A model generated the notes under the pieces. It did no database searches. It was not told the origin of the DNA and was given only the letters and a program-made list of their open reading frames with translations. Shown here piece by piece: positions 38,019-47,102 of a stretch of 61,509 nt of DNA. Positions within the stretch are counted from its first letter, which is position 1. Each line of letters starts with the position of its first letter. Position numbers and translations under genes: made by a program. The DNA is from a virus (taxonomy: Duplodnaviria > Caudoviricetes), in IMG/VR virus record IMGVR_UViG_3300050011_000416, positions 1-61,509 of that record, one strand, 5' to 3'.

Positions 38019-38890
38019 GTGGATTTTGGGACAAAAAAGGAGTCAAGACACAGGAAGTTGCCTATCAAGAGGCTCAACAAGTTCAGGAGCCATTGCAATT
38101 GGACGAGCAAGCTTTGGCTGAGATTCAAGGTGAGGAATTCGACGTATTCGAGGATGAAGAGGAAGATACCTCCGAAATCATGTTTGATGCCAACCTTCGT
38201 TTGGAACAAGGTCGTCTTTATCAAATGATTATGAGGCACGATCTTTTTGGCGAAACTGATGCTGATCCCAAGGCTATTAGAAACGTACAACGAGAGATTC
38301 GTAAATTTGTTCGTGAGCGTATGGAGACAATGCTTGGTATTCGCCAAGAACAAGCCATTCAAGAAGTGGTAGTTTCTTCGCCCTTTAACGATATGGAGGT
38401 CACCGTTCTTAGGATGTTGGCTTCAAAGATGTCTAAAGGTGCTACAGAGGAACCAATTAAGCCTGAGCCTATTGTTCCAGTCCAACCTAAAAGGGATGGT
38501 ATTACGACAATTAGCGGTAATTTAAGGGCACATCCTTCTCCAATCTCTAAACCAGCATTTGGTACAAAGATGGCAAAATCTAAGGACAGGCCTGTTCCAG
38601 GGGAACCAATAAAGACTAAGGCTAAATCTGTTACAAAATCTGCTATCAATAATGTCGAAGAAGAATCTTTGTTACAGAAATCTATTGACGATATGACTCC
38701 AGAAGAATTGGCAGCACACGATGCAGCAGCTCTAGAACGTCGTTCTAAAAATTATGCTACTATGCCAAACAACCTCACTCCTCATCCAACTGGAGCAGCG
38801 TTAGAAATGCTATACGTTCAACAACTTAGTCAAACGACAGCCCCCGGAACTGCCGTGTCCAAAATGATGGAACTAATAAATGGCCGGTAA
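38015..38890 (+). CDS. Hypothetical protein
   Basis: 291 aa coupled ORF. Confidence 0.55.
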   Translation: MSGFWDKKGVKTQEVAYQEAQQVQEPLQLDEQALAEIQGEEFDVFEDEEEDTSEIMFDANLRLEQGRLYQMIMRHDLFGETDADPKAIRNVQREIRKFVRERMETMLGIRQEQAIQEVVVSSPFNDMEVTVLRMLASKMSKGATEEPIKPEPIVPVQPKRDGITTISGNLRAHPSPISKPAFGTKMAKSKDRPVPGEPIKTKAKSVTKSAINNVEEESLLQKSIDDMTPEELAAHDAAALERRSKNYATMPNNLTPHPTGAALEMLYVQQLSQTTAPGTAVSKMMELINGR

Positions 38891-38907
38891 CAAACAAGGA
38901 GATAGAT

Positions 38908-39648
38908 ATGTCTGAAAATACTGATAAGAGAAATGCTACACAAAAGATTGAAGATCTTGAAAAGGTAGTAACTGTACTATATCAAGCAGTTAGTCAAATG
39001 AAACCCGCTCTTGAGAATCTAATGAGGTCTCAGGGAGATATGGCTTTGGTGAAGGACGCTCTTAAACTTCTGAATAAGAAGACTGAGGCCATCATTCAAG
39101 TTGCTGCTCCTGAAACAGGTATTACTGTTTCTGCTGTTTCTACCCTTGTGGTCAAAATGAATGTTGATGATCTGACTGCTCAGGTTGCTGGATATGTTGC
39201 AAATGGCCATCTTGTTGCCGGTGACGAGGTTGCCGACAACAGTTATCTGGTATGTGAGGAATCAAATGCCGATGGCACTTTGGCCAATCCTCGTATTCAG
39301 TTCCGTCTTGACTCTCAAGACAAGGCTACCGCAGATGCTCTGAGAGGTAAAAAGGCTGGAGACGTGGTTTCATTTGGTGAAAATAGGTTTAATGCCAAGA
39401 TTTTGGAGGTCTATACATTAGCGGAACCTAAGGCTCCAGAGGCCGCTACTGCACCTCAAGAGGCTGCTCCTGCCGCTTTGTCTGACGTATCTGCACCACA
39501 ATCTCCTACAGAGGATGCTCCAGCCGCTCCTCCAGCTAATCAAGTTGCCGATGCTACTCCAGCCTTGGATCCTCTTCCAGCCGAGACCTCAGTTGTAGAA
39601 TTCGTGCCATCCGATAATTCTACGATGACTACGGCTTCTAGTCGATAA
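38908..39648 (+). CDS. Hypothetical protein (coiled coil, FKBP/GreA-C-like segment, Ala/Pro tail)
   Basis: AGGAG SD; ALRGKKAGDVVSF...KILEVY segment. Confidence 0.55.
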   Translation: MSENTDKRNATQKIEDLEKVVTVLYQAVSQMKPALENLMRSQGDMALVKDALKLLNKKTEAIIQVAAPETGITVSAVSTLVVKMNVDDLTAQVAGYVANGHLVAGDEVADNSYLVCEESNADGTLANPRIQFRLDSQDKATADALRGKKAGDVVSFGENRFNAKILEVYTLAEPKAPEAATAPQEAAPAALSDVSAPQSPTEDAPAAPPANQVADATPALDPLPAETSVVEFVPSDNSTMTTASSR

Positions 39649-39687
39649 TGTCTTAAGGGCTACTATCTATATGTCAAAGTATAGGTA

Positions 39688-40527
39688 GTGGCCCTATTTA
39701 ATAAGAAGGTACTAAAAGTGAAAAAACACAAAGGTCCTAAGGTTCTCATATTAGACATCGAAACTGCCCCAATTATTGGATATGTCTGGGGAATTTGGGA
39801 CCAAAATGTTGGGTTGAATCAAATCAAGTCTGATTGGCACTTGCTAAGCTTTAGCGCCAAATGGCTAGGAGATCCTCCTAATAAGACCATCTATATGGAT
39901 CAAAGAAATTCTAAGAACATTGAAGACGATAGGAAACTACTCGATAAGATCTGGGAATTATTGGATTCCTGCGATATCCTTCTAACTCAAAATGGCAAGA
40001 AATTTGACCATAAGAAGATCAATGCCCGTTTTGTTCTAAACGGAATGCAACCCCCAAGTTCCTATAAGCACATAGATACGTTGGTTATTGCCAAGAAGCA
40101 TTTTGGATTTACTTCCAATAAGCTCGAATATATGAGCGATAAGCTTTGTGTTAAGTATAAGAAGCAAACCAAGCGTAAATTTGCTGGGTTTGAACTTTGG
40201 AAAGAGTGTCTCTCTGGCAATAAAGAAGCTTGGAATGAGATGGAAAAGTACAATAAGTACGACGTTCTATCTCTAGAAGAACTTTACCATAAGCTAATTC
40301 CATGGGATAACTCCATTGACTTTAACCTATATACCGATAGCTTAGACATCACATGCAAGTGTGGGGCCACTAACTTTAAAAAGTGTGGATTTGGATATAC
40401 CTCTGTAGGCAAGTTTCAACGATTCAGGTGCAACGATTGTGGAGCAGAAACTCGCAGTAGGGAAAACCTACTATCCAAAGAGAAAAAGCAAACCATTAGG
40501 TCCGGAACCACAAGAAATAGCCCATAA
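39688..40527 (+). CDS. RNase H-fold 3'-5' exonuclease with C-terminal zinc ribbon
   Basis: ILDIET, QNGKKFD, HIDTL, YNKYDV and CKCG...CNDCG motifs. Confidence 0.75.
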   Translation: MALFNKKVLKVKKHKGPKVLILDIETAPIIGYVWGIWDQNVGLNQIKSDWHLLSFSAKWLGDPPNKTIYMDQRNSKNIEDDRKLLDKIWELLDSCDILLTQNGKKFDHKKINARFVLNGMQPPSSYKHIDTLVIAKKHFGFTSNKLEYMSDKLCVKYKKQTKRKFAGFELWKECLSGNKEAWNEMEKYNKYDVLSLEELYHKLIPWDNSIDFNLYTDSLDITCKCGATNFKKCGFGYTSVGKFQRFRCNDCGAETRSRENLLSKEKKQTIRSGTTRNSP

Positions 40528-40567
40528 ATGAAATCCATGATATACTGTGTCTAGGACGGACTAAAAT

Positions 40568-40957
40568 GTGAGCAAAATTGAAGAATTAGATAAATTAGAC
40601 AAAGCTATTAAGGATGCCGAAATTCGTCTAAAATCTGTTCAAGCCAACGTTGAGATGATTGATAAAGAAATCAGTGTCTTAGAACCTCGTCAAAAAGAGC
40701 TAGAACAGAATATCGAGTTTCATAAGAAATCGGGCACTGTACCTATCGCTTACGAATATAAAAAAACTAAAAGTGAGCTTTCCAAGATCAAGGCTAGGTT
40801 AATTCTTATTGTGTTTGATCGCAAAAAATCAATACAAGCTTGTGGAACTATTGAAGACGTTATAAATAAATTTAAAAGAGATCATATGGAATTGCTAAAG
40901 ACTAGTGAAAACAATGTCCTAAGAGTACTTTTCGGTGGTTACCGTGGAAAAAATTGA
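40568..40957 (+). CDS. Hypothetical coiled-coil protein
   Basis: Heptad pattern; follows a TGaTATACT promoter-like site. Confidence 0.5.
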   Translation: MSKIEELDKLDKAIKDAEIRLKSVQANVEMIDKEISVLEPRQKELEQNIEFHKKSGTVPIAYEYKKTKSELSKIKARLILIVFDRKKSIQACGTIEDVINKFKRDHMELLKTSENNVLRVLFGGYRGKN

Positions 40958-41154
40958 CATGCAAAAGAAGATATTAGAGGAAGATGACTTCATACATGCC
41001 CCCAAATATCAAAATAGTCTTAATAAACTTCTTGCAAAAACCGACAAACTGTTAGAAAATGGCGCTATAGGTAGACTTCTACTCCTGAGTGAAAAGGAAG
41101 TTGAAGAGATCTACCAGCAATCGATTCTTGAACTCAAGAAGGAAATGAACCCCG

Positions 41155-41814
41155 ATGATGACGAAGATCGAGGTATTTACTGACGGATCTGCCACCACTG
41201 CTAACAAACCCGGTGGATGGGCCTACGTTCTGTGTGTAGATGGAGAGAAGCATTCCGAAGGATCTGGACATGCTGAGAATGTATCCAACAACGATATGGA
41301 ACTCGAAGCAGCCATTCAAGGTCTTGCCGCTGCATTAAAATACGTATACCCTCCTATCGAGGTTCTAGGAAATTTAGAACCAACTCAAGCTGTTTTGGAC
41401 CATCCAGAAGTTACCCTATGTTCAGATAGCCAAATCGTACTTGGCTGGGCATCTGGATCCTACAGATTCAAACAAGAAAATAAATTACAAAAATACAAAC
41501 AGCTTCAATTCCTAGTTAGACGACTTAGAGTCAAAACTCAATGGATCAAGGGCCATTCCGGAAATGTTCACAACGAGAGGTGCGATAGACTCGCCAATAA
41601 TGCCAGGAAGAACATTTTGGTAGAAAGTGTTGACAAAGTAGTTTCCGAGGTAGATACTAAAATTGGTACAAAGAAGATAGGTGTAGTTAGTCTTTGGTAC
41701 CAAAATGTTTTGAAGATAGTCGATTTTGAAAATGGTATTATTGAGAACTACGATAGAGAAGCCCATGGAAAACGTGGAAGCGTAATTGAGATTAGAGAAG
41801 GAAAAGAGAGATGA
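41155..41814 (+). CDS. rnhA: Ribonuclease HI
   Basis: VFTDGS, NNDMELEA, SDSQ and WIKGHSG..NERCDRLA motifs. Confidence 0.9.
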   Translation: MMTKIEVFTDGSATTANKPGGWAYVLCVDGEKHSEGSGHAENVSNNDMELEAAIQGLAAALKYVYPPIEVLGNLEPTQAVLDHPEVTLCSDSQIVLGWASGSYRFKQENKLQKYKQLQFLVRRLRVKTQWIKGHSGNVHNERCDRLANNARKNILVESVDKVVSEVDTKIGTKKIGVVSLWYQNVLKIVDFENGIIENYDREAHGKRGSVIEIREGKER

Positions 41815-42197
41815 ATAGTCCCAAAGTACAAAAGGCCCTAGACGAAGCATTTATGGAACTTCATGCTATGTCTCATGAGGAATTTCATAAGGAACTTACC
41901 AAGAGAGTTGAGGATCTTAGGGGGTTTATGGACGAAGAAAAAGAATTTAATCACTATCTAGACATCAGCTCTAGACAATTTCTGAGGCAAACATGAAAGA
42001 CTTTAGATGGAATGGCTACAATAAGGCTACATACTGGAATGACCTATTAGGTATAGAGGTTACCGATATAATTTCAGATAAGTCTTTTATCAATAACCCA
42101 GGTTCAGCCAAGATAAATTCCATATTAGACGCTCTATGCCGAGTAGTTTCTGAACTTATGGAAATTGAAGAAAATAGGAACGATTCGTGAATGGGAC

Positions 42198-42908
42198 CTA
42201 ATCAACATATTCAAATCGATATCCTTTAGTATGTCTATATTCTCCCTTTAAAACTCTAGATACAGACCTATCATCTAATTTTAATTCCGTCCACGCCTCT
42301 TTTATTGAATTGTATATTTTCCCACTGTTTAGACAAACTATCTTTCTGGATCTATGCTGGTTACCCATGAGACGAGTTGACATTTTTATTCTTTCTTCAT
42401 CTGACATCTTATTTCCTATACTATTTTTATTTCCTTTCATTTTTATTTTCTGTACTGCGGACATAGTTGGATTCGGTCCAGTCTTCTTTCCTTTATTCCA
42501 AACGGGAATTTTTCTTCTTTTTCTAGTTTCAGATATTCTTCTTCGAATATCTAGATCTTTGGTCTTACCGTGCAATGGATGGAGTTTTCCAGATGGAACC
42601 CACTTTCCTCCTGGTGCTCTATTAAAAAGCTTTACGTGCCTTTTACGTAAAAAGGATACTACCATAGACTCTCGAATGAATGCCATATCTGCGTCTCTAA
42701 AACAATGCATTATCTTTATAATTGGTAATAAACCCAATAATTTCAAACTATTAACCCATTCTTTATGTTTTATGGACCTATTGCTAACATTCCAAGCCCT
42801 TCCCTTGGTTCCCTTTCCCACATAAACTACTTGCTTTGTTCTTGGATCTATGTGAAGGTATACGTAGTGAATGTTTTCGTAGTACTTAATTGGTTTTCTT
42901 TTATTCAT
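42198..42908 (-). CDS. GIY-YIG homing endonuclease with NUMOD repeats
   Basis: YVYLH...YVGKG..R, PVWNKGK and KIVCLNSGKIYNSIKEA motifs; inverted within a plus-strand operon. Confidence 0.8.
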   Translation of the reverse strand: MNKRKPIKYYENIHYVYLHIDPRTKQVVYVGKGTKGRAWNVSNRSIKHKEWVNSLKLLGLLPIIKIMHCFRDADMAFIRESMVVSFLRKRHVKLFNRAPGGKWVPSGKLHPLHGKTKDLDIRRRISETRKRRKIPVWNKGKKTGPNPTMSAVQKIKMKGNKNSIGNKMSDEERIKMSTRLMGNQHRSRKIVCLNSGKIYNSIKEAWTELKLDDRSVSRVLKGEYRHTKGYRFEYVD

Positions 42909-42920
42909 AGAGGTAAGATT

Positions 42921-43562
42921 GTGACAAGTGAGAACCGGATGTTAGCGTTTGACTTAGAAACAGGTGGCCTAGATCCAACCAAAGCAGATCTCCTAACTGG
43001 TTACTTTGCCATGTTAGACCAAGATTTTAAGATCTTAGAAGAGCTTTCTTTGCATCTCAAACCAGAAGGACGTTTACCAATTGTAGAAGCTGCTGCCATG
43101 GCTACCAATGGTATCGACATTCAGAAGCATCTTGAGAGCCCAGACACCATTACCTATGCTGAAGGTGCAAAAAAACTCGTTTCCATGATTAAGAGGCATC
43201 TGAAGAAAAAGGGTCGCTACAGTAACATAATTCCATTTGGTTATAATATTTTAACTTTCGATATTGTCTGGGCACAATACCATTTGATTGACAAAACTAC
43301 TTGGGAATCAATGGTCCATTATAAGGCTCTTGATGTAATGCAACACGTAGACATGCTCAAAAACCATGGTTGGCTTCCTCCAAACGTAGGAAATCTTAAG
43401 TCTATGGTTGACTTCTTTGGCGTTCCCAAGGGTGAGGCCCACGTAGCAAAAGATGATATTTTGATGACTTTGGGAGTCTACAATAAGGTTAGAGAGCTAA
43501 TGGATTCTAAGAAGAGTGGTGGAAACAATCAAGATCTGATTAGTCTTTTGGAGGCTGAATGA
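42921..43562 (+). CDS. DEDDh 3'-5' exonuclease (DnaQ/epsilon-like)
   Basis: FDLETGG, GYN..FD and AH.A.DD motifs; GTG start behind GAGGT; upstream of dnaE. Confidence 0.85.
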   Translation: MTSENRMLAFDLETGGLDPTKADLLTGYFAMLDQDFKILEELSLHLKPEGRLPIVEAAAMATNGIDIQKHLESPDTITYAEGAKKLVSMIKRHLKKKGRYSNIIPFGYNILTFDIVWAQYHLIDKTTWESMVHYKALDVMQHVDMLKNHGWLPPNVGNLKSMVDFFGVPKGEAHVAKDDILMTLGVYNKVRELMDSKKSGGNNQDLISLLEAE

Positions 43563-43789
43563 AACGCTCTCAAATGCTGCAAGTTATCAAAGATGCCCTA
43601 TATCCACATCTACCCATGCACTCATGGGAAGAATGTCCAACTTATATTGCCGAAGCGGTTCTACAATCTATTGAAGGCGGAAATAAACTTGGAGAGGGAA
43701 TGTTGCCCCCAGACTATTTCAATCCCGATAAGGGCGGATTTGTAGGAAGCGCTATGGGAATTTGGGAAAATGAATGGGAGAAAGAATGA
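43559..43789 (+). CDS. Hypothetical protein
   Basis: MKRSQML...GMLPP...W phage small-protein pattern. Confidence 0.5.
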   Translation: MKRSQMLQVIKDALYPHLPMHSWEECPTYIAEAVLQSIEGGNKLGEGMLPPDYFNPDKGGFVGSAMGIWENEWEKE

Positions 43790-44045
43790 GAATATTTTTT
43801 AATCACAATACGTTGGATAGCTACCATAACGACAGCTGCGTAAAATTTGGTATAGGCTGGTATAGACACCACAAAAGCCATAAGTGGTTTGGAATTACTA
43901 TAGAACTCTATCTTCTTTATTGGGTAGTTAGTGGCAACTTTGTTAGTAATTATAAAGAATATCGAAAGAGAATGGACTGGAAACATAGTGACCATCTTAG
44001 GGAAGATTTAGCTGCAAAATTGGCAGCTAGAAAATTGGAGAAAAA

Positions 44046-46163
44046 GTGAATATAAGCATTCATACACACCCTGAATCCAGGCTCAGTGGTTCTCCCCTTC
44101 CTGCTATGATTAAGCGTGCAGTAGACTTGGGTCGTACCCATTTTTCCTATACTGACTTGGGCCACATCTCTAGTTGTTTGAAGACTTACGGTCTTGCCAA
44201 GAAGTCAGGACTCAAATTTGCTCCAGGTATTGAATTCTATTTCAAAGATCCCAAATGTCCATTCGTTACTGGAACTCAGGCAGATCGCTGTAGGTACTTT
44301 AATGCAGCACTTTTTTGTACTAATCAGCTCTCTTTTCAGGAACTCATAAGAACGGTATCTAAAGACGATATGCCCAAAATTGAGGTCCAAGAGGAAGAGC
44401 AATCCTTATGGTCCTGGGATGAACTGGAACGTCTAAGTAAGTTCGATACCCTCCTAGTTCTTGGGGGTGTCCACGATATGGTTGGGAAAGTCCTTCTAGC
44501 TGATGGCCCAGAATTGGCAGAAAAGGTATTACTCAGGGCTAAAGAGTTATTTGGTCCTAGATTATCCATAGCTTTGATCTGTGAACCATGGGATAAGAAA
44601 TACGCTACGGTTATCAAAATCAACTACACAGATGGTACCTATGACTCTTTATTGGCTTCTGACACGGTTACAACCGATAGGGCTAGAAAAATAAAGGTCT
44701 CAGATCTAATTAAAAGAGGTGGTCATACAGAGATTCAATCCAAAATTGTAGGTAATACTTTTTTTGAAGTCTATAAGAAAATAGATAACATTACGGAACA
44801 AAAAGGTTTTCTTCCATTGCCAGGTGGCGACATTACCCTTAGAATCAATAAATTTTTGCTCGAAATGTCCAAAAAATATGGAATTACGGCACTAGTATCT
44901 GACTACGCCTTTTATGCTTCAAAAGAAGATCACGCCGCTCAAACCATGGTTCTTGGCGGTAGTAAGCTAAAATCCGACCTTCATATGAAAACCGATGAAG
45001 AGTTCTATAAGTATCTTTATACCGTAATGAATCTGAGTCAGGACGAAGCCGCTCAACTTATATACAATAATAATGAGTGGGCTAAGAATTTTGATAACTT
45101 TGAATTGAAATACGAATGGCATTTGGCAGATAGTGGTGGAAATGCCGCACAGCAATGCATGGAGATTATTAAGAAAAAGGGACTAATGAAGTGGGATAAT
45201 CCTCTATGGACTGCTCGCCTTAGAGAAGAGTTTTTGGTCATTGCGAAAAACAAGGTCAAGGATCTATCCCCATATTTCTTGCCCATTCACGATGTCATTA
45301 ACTATTATGAGGAAAATGGCAGGCTTACTGGCCCAGGACGAGGAAGTAGTGCTGGAAGCCTAATTGCCTATCTAATGGGTATTACCAAAGTTAACCCATT
45401 TACTTACGACCTTAGTTTTAACCGCTTCTACTCTACAGATCGTATCGAAGCCCTTAAATTGGCCGATATCGATTCTGACTTGGAGTCTAGAGAATTATTG
45501 GTTGGAAGTGATGGTAAAAGCGGATATCTTTATGGTAGGTGGGGCAATAAGGCTGCCCAAATCAGTACCAGGGGCAAGATCAGGCTAAAGAGCGCAATCA
45601 AGGACACTAACCGATATTTTAAGGGATCTGTTGAGAAAGAAATCGAACAAATCTGTAAAAAGCTTCCAGATGCCGGTCAAGGCATTACAGATGAACAATT
45701 TTTGTTTGGTTTTGAGGATGATGATGGCAACCATATTGATGGGTTGATCGAAACTTCCGAAGTCTTACAGAAATACATAGCTGAACGTCCAAAAGAATGG
45801 GCAATCGTACAACAGGCTCTAGGGATTACTAGATCTTTTAGCCGACATGCCTGCTTCCCTTCTAGTGAGGCAATCTTAACTATAGAAGATGAAAAGATAG
45901 TAAAAAGAGGAATTATAGAATGTCACAACAAAATGATTCTAACAGGAACGGGGAGAAAGGCAAATGCGAGACTTCTCCATCAAGGACGGAAGAAGATTTA
46001 CAAGTACACACTCTCGGACGGGACAAGTATAAAGAGCACCTCAGATCACGAATTCTTAACACTAGAAAAAGGCTGGCAGAAAATAAATTTGATCCTGAAG
46101 GAAAACCTTACATTTTTACCTCTATCGATGACTGTAAAAGATTTGCTAAAAATAAAGGACTGA
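44046..46163 (+). CDS. dnaE: DNA polymerase III alpha, N-terminal part (602 aa) fused to split intein N-fragment
   Basis: PHP motifs (HTH..S, TDLG, PGIE), GPGRGSSAGSL and ADIDSD catalytic motifs; ends in an intein N-fragment. Confidence 0.92.
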   Translation: MNISIHTHPESRLSGSPLPAMIKRAVDLGRTHFSYTDLGHISSCLKTYGLAKKSGLKFAPGIEFYFKDPKCPFVTGTQADRCRYFNAALFCTNQLSFQELIRTVSKDDMPKIEVQEEEQSLWSWDELERLSKFDTLLVLGGVHDMVGKVLLADGPELAEKVLLRAKELFGPRLSIALICEPWDKKYATVIKINYTDGTYDSLLASDTVTTDRARKIKVSDLIKRGGHTEIQSKIVGNTFFEVYKKIDNITEQKGFLPLPGGDITLRINKFLLEMSKKYGITALVSDYAFYASKEDHAAQTMVLGGSKLKSDLHMKTDEEFYKYLYTVMNLSQDEAAQLIYNNNEWAKNFDNFELKYEWHLADSGGNAAQQCMEIIKKKGLMKWDNPLWTARLREEFLVIAKNKVKDLSPYFLPIHDVINYYEENGRLTGPGRGSSAGSLIAYLMGITKVNPFTYDLSFNRFYSTDRIEALKLADIDSDLESRELLVGSDGKSGYLYGRWGNKAAQISTRGKIRLKSAIKDTNRYFKGSVEKEIEQICKKLPDAGQGITDEQFLFGFEDDDGNHIDGLIETSEVLQKYIAERPKEWAIVQQALGITRSFSRHACFPSSEAILTIEDEKIVKRGIIECHNKMILTGTGRKANARLLHQGRKKIYKYTLSDGTSIKSTSDHEFLTLEKGWQKINLILKENLTFLPLSMTVKDLLKIKD
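45852..46160 (+). mobile_element. Split intein N-fragment (IntN, 103 aa)
   Basis: CFPSSEAILT (block A) and IYKYTLSDGTSIKSTSDHEFLTLEKGW (block B TxxH), followed by a stop. Confidence 0.88.
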
Positions 46164-47011
46164 AATGTTTAGATAACAAATACGTTAGATGCGATTTTCC
46201 TATGTCTTGGGAATGCAGCAATGGACATATCTTTAAAAGACGCATAACCGATATGGTTAGAGGAACCGCAAAATGCCCTAAATGTGGAGATAGGGGTCGA
46301 GCAGAGCATTCTAGAAAAACATGGGAAGACATAAACAAAGAACTTAAAAGACGAGGACTCATTCCTCTATTTGTTCACGAAGACTATAAGAGCGTGGAAT
46401 CTGTCTTAAGGTTCAAACACACTAAATGCGGTAATGAATTCGAATGTAGGTACAGACAGGCCTTTAAACTTAAAGATGGAAGCGCGTGTCCAAAATGTAA
46501 TCCACTGTGCAAAAGGGGGACTTTGGAAGAATGCGAAAAATTGGCCCAAAAGAAAGGCGGAATTTGCGTAAAATTTTCTGGTAATGTTAAGGATATTTCT
46601 ACTTGGAAATGTAATGCAGAGCACGTTTGGCAAGCCCCACTATTCTTGATGCGCAAGGGAAGTTGGTGTATGATCTGCGAATACGATTCCAGAATAAAAT
46701 ATAAATCTGAAGAAGACTATAAGTTAGCGGGTCGCTTGGCCAGCTATAAACGAAGAGATAAACAAAAAAATAGAGGATTCGATATAGATTTTAACGATAT
46801 GCTTAAGCTCAAAGATTCCAAATGTTTTTACTGTTCAGATGAGGCTAAGGGGTACGATAGAAAAGATAATAGTTTGGGACACTTAAAAACAAATGTGGTT
46901 CCGTGTTGTTTTAGATGCAATAAGATAAAAATGGACAAAATTCCCTTTGACTTAATGATAGAAATAGGTAAAACTATAAATAAGTATTATGCTAAAAATA
47001 ACAAAAGTTGA
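45920..47011 (+). CDS. Free-standing homing endonuclease (zinc-ribbon repeats plus HNH-like domain) between split dnaE halves
   Basis: Three C..GH/CG...CPKC-type repeats; CFYC...DRKDNSLGH...NVVPCCFRCN..K; GAGGA SD and CAATCTTA upstream. Confidence 0.8.
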   Translation: MSQQNDSNRNGEKGKCETSPSRTEEDLQVHTLGRDKYKEHLRSRILNTRKRLAENKFDPEGKPYIFTSIDDCKRFAKNKGLKCLDNKYVRCDFPMSWECSNGHIFKRRITDMVRGTAKCPKCGDRGRAEHSRKTWEDINKELKRRGLIPLFVHEDYKSVESVLRFKHTKCGNEFECRYRQAFKLKDGSACPKCNPLCKRGTLEECEKLAQKKGGICVKFSGNVKDISTWKCNAEHVWQAPLFLMRKGSWCMICEYDSRIKYKSEEDYKLAGRLASYKRRDKQKNRGFDIDFNDMLKLKDSKCFYCSDEAKGYDRKDNSLGHLKTNVVPCCFRCNKIKMDKIPFDLMIEIGKTINKYYAKNNKS

Positions 47012-47102
47012 AGAAATAGGATATGAAGACGTTTACGATCTTTTTGTAGACAATGAAGACCATTCTTTTATATTGGGAAATTCAGGTGTAATTGCGCATA
47101 AT
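46989..47102 (+). mobile_element. Split intein C-fragment (IntC, 38 aa)
   Basis: MLKITKVEEIGYEDVYDLFVDNEDHSFILGNSGVIAHN followed by Cys+1 (blocks F and G). Confidence 0.9.

Noticed and set aside
42310-42920. Plus-strand ORF 42310-42825 and the long N-terminal extension of the DnaQ ORF from 42765
   Set aside because: Both are antisense to the GIY-YIG gene. DnaQ has a better start at GTG 42921 behind GAGGT.
46164-46988. Group I intron or sequencing frameshifts explaining the dnaE break
   Set aside because: The interval is fully occupied by the nuclease ORF with no room for a ribozyme core. Both flanks carry proper split-intein ends, including a Met-initiated IntC with complementary charge.
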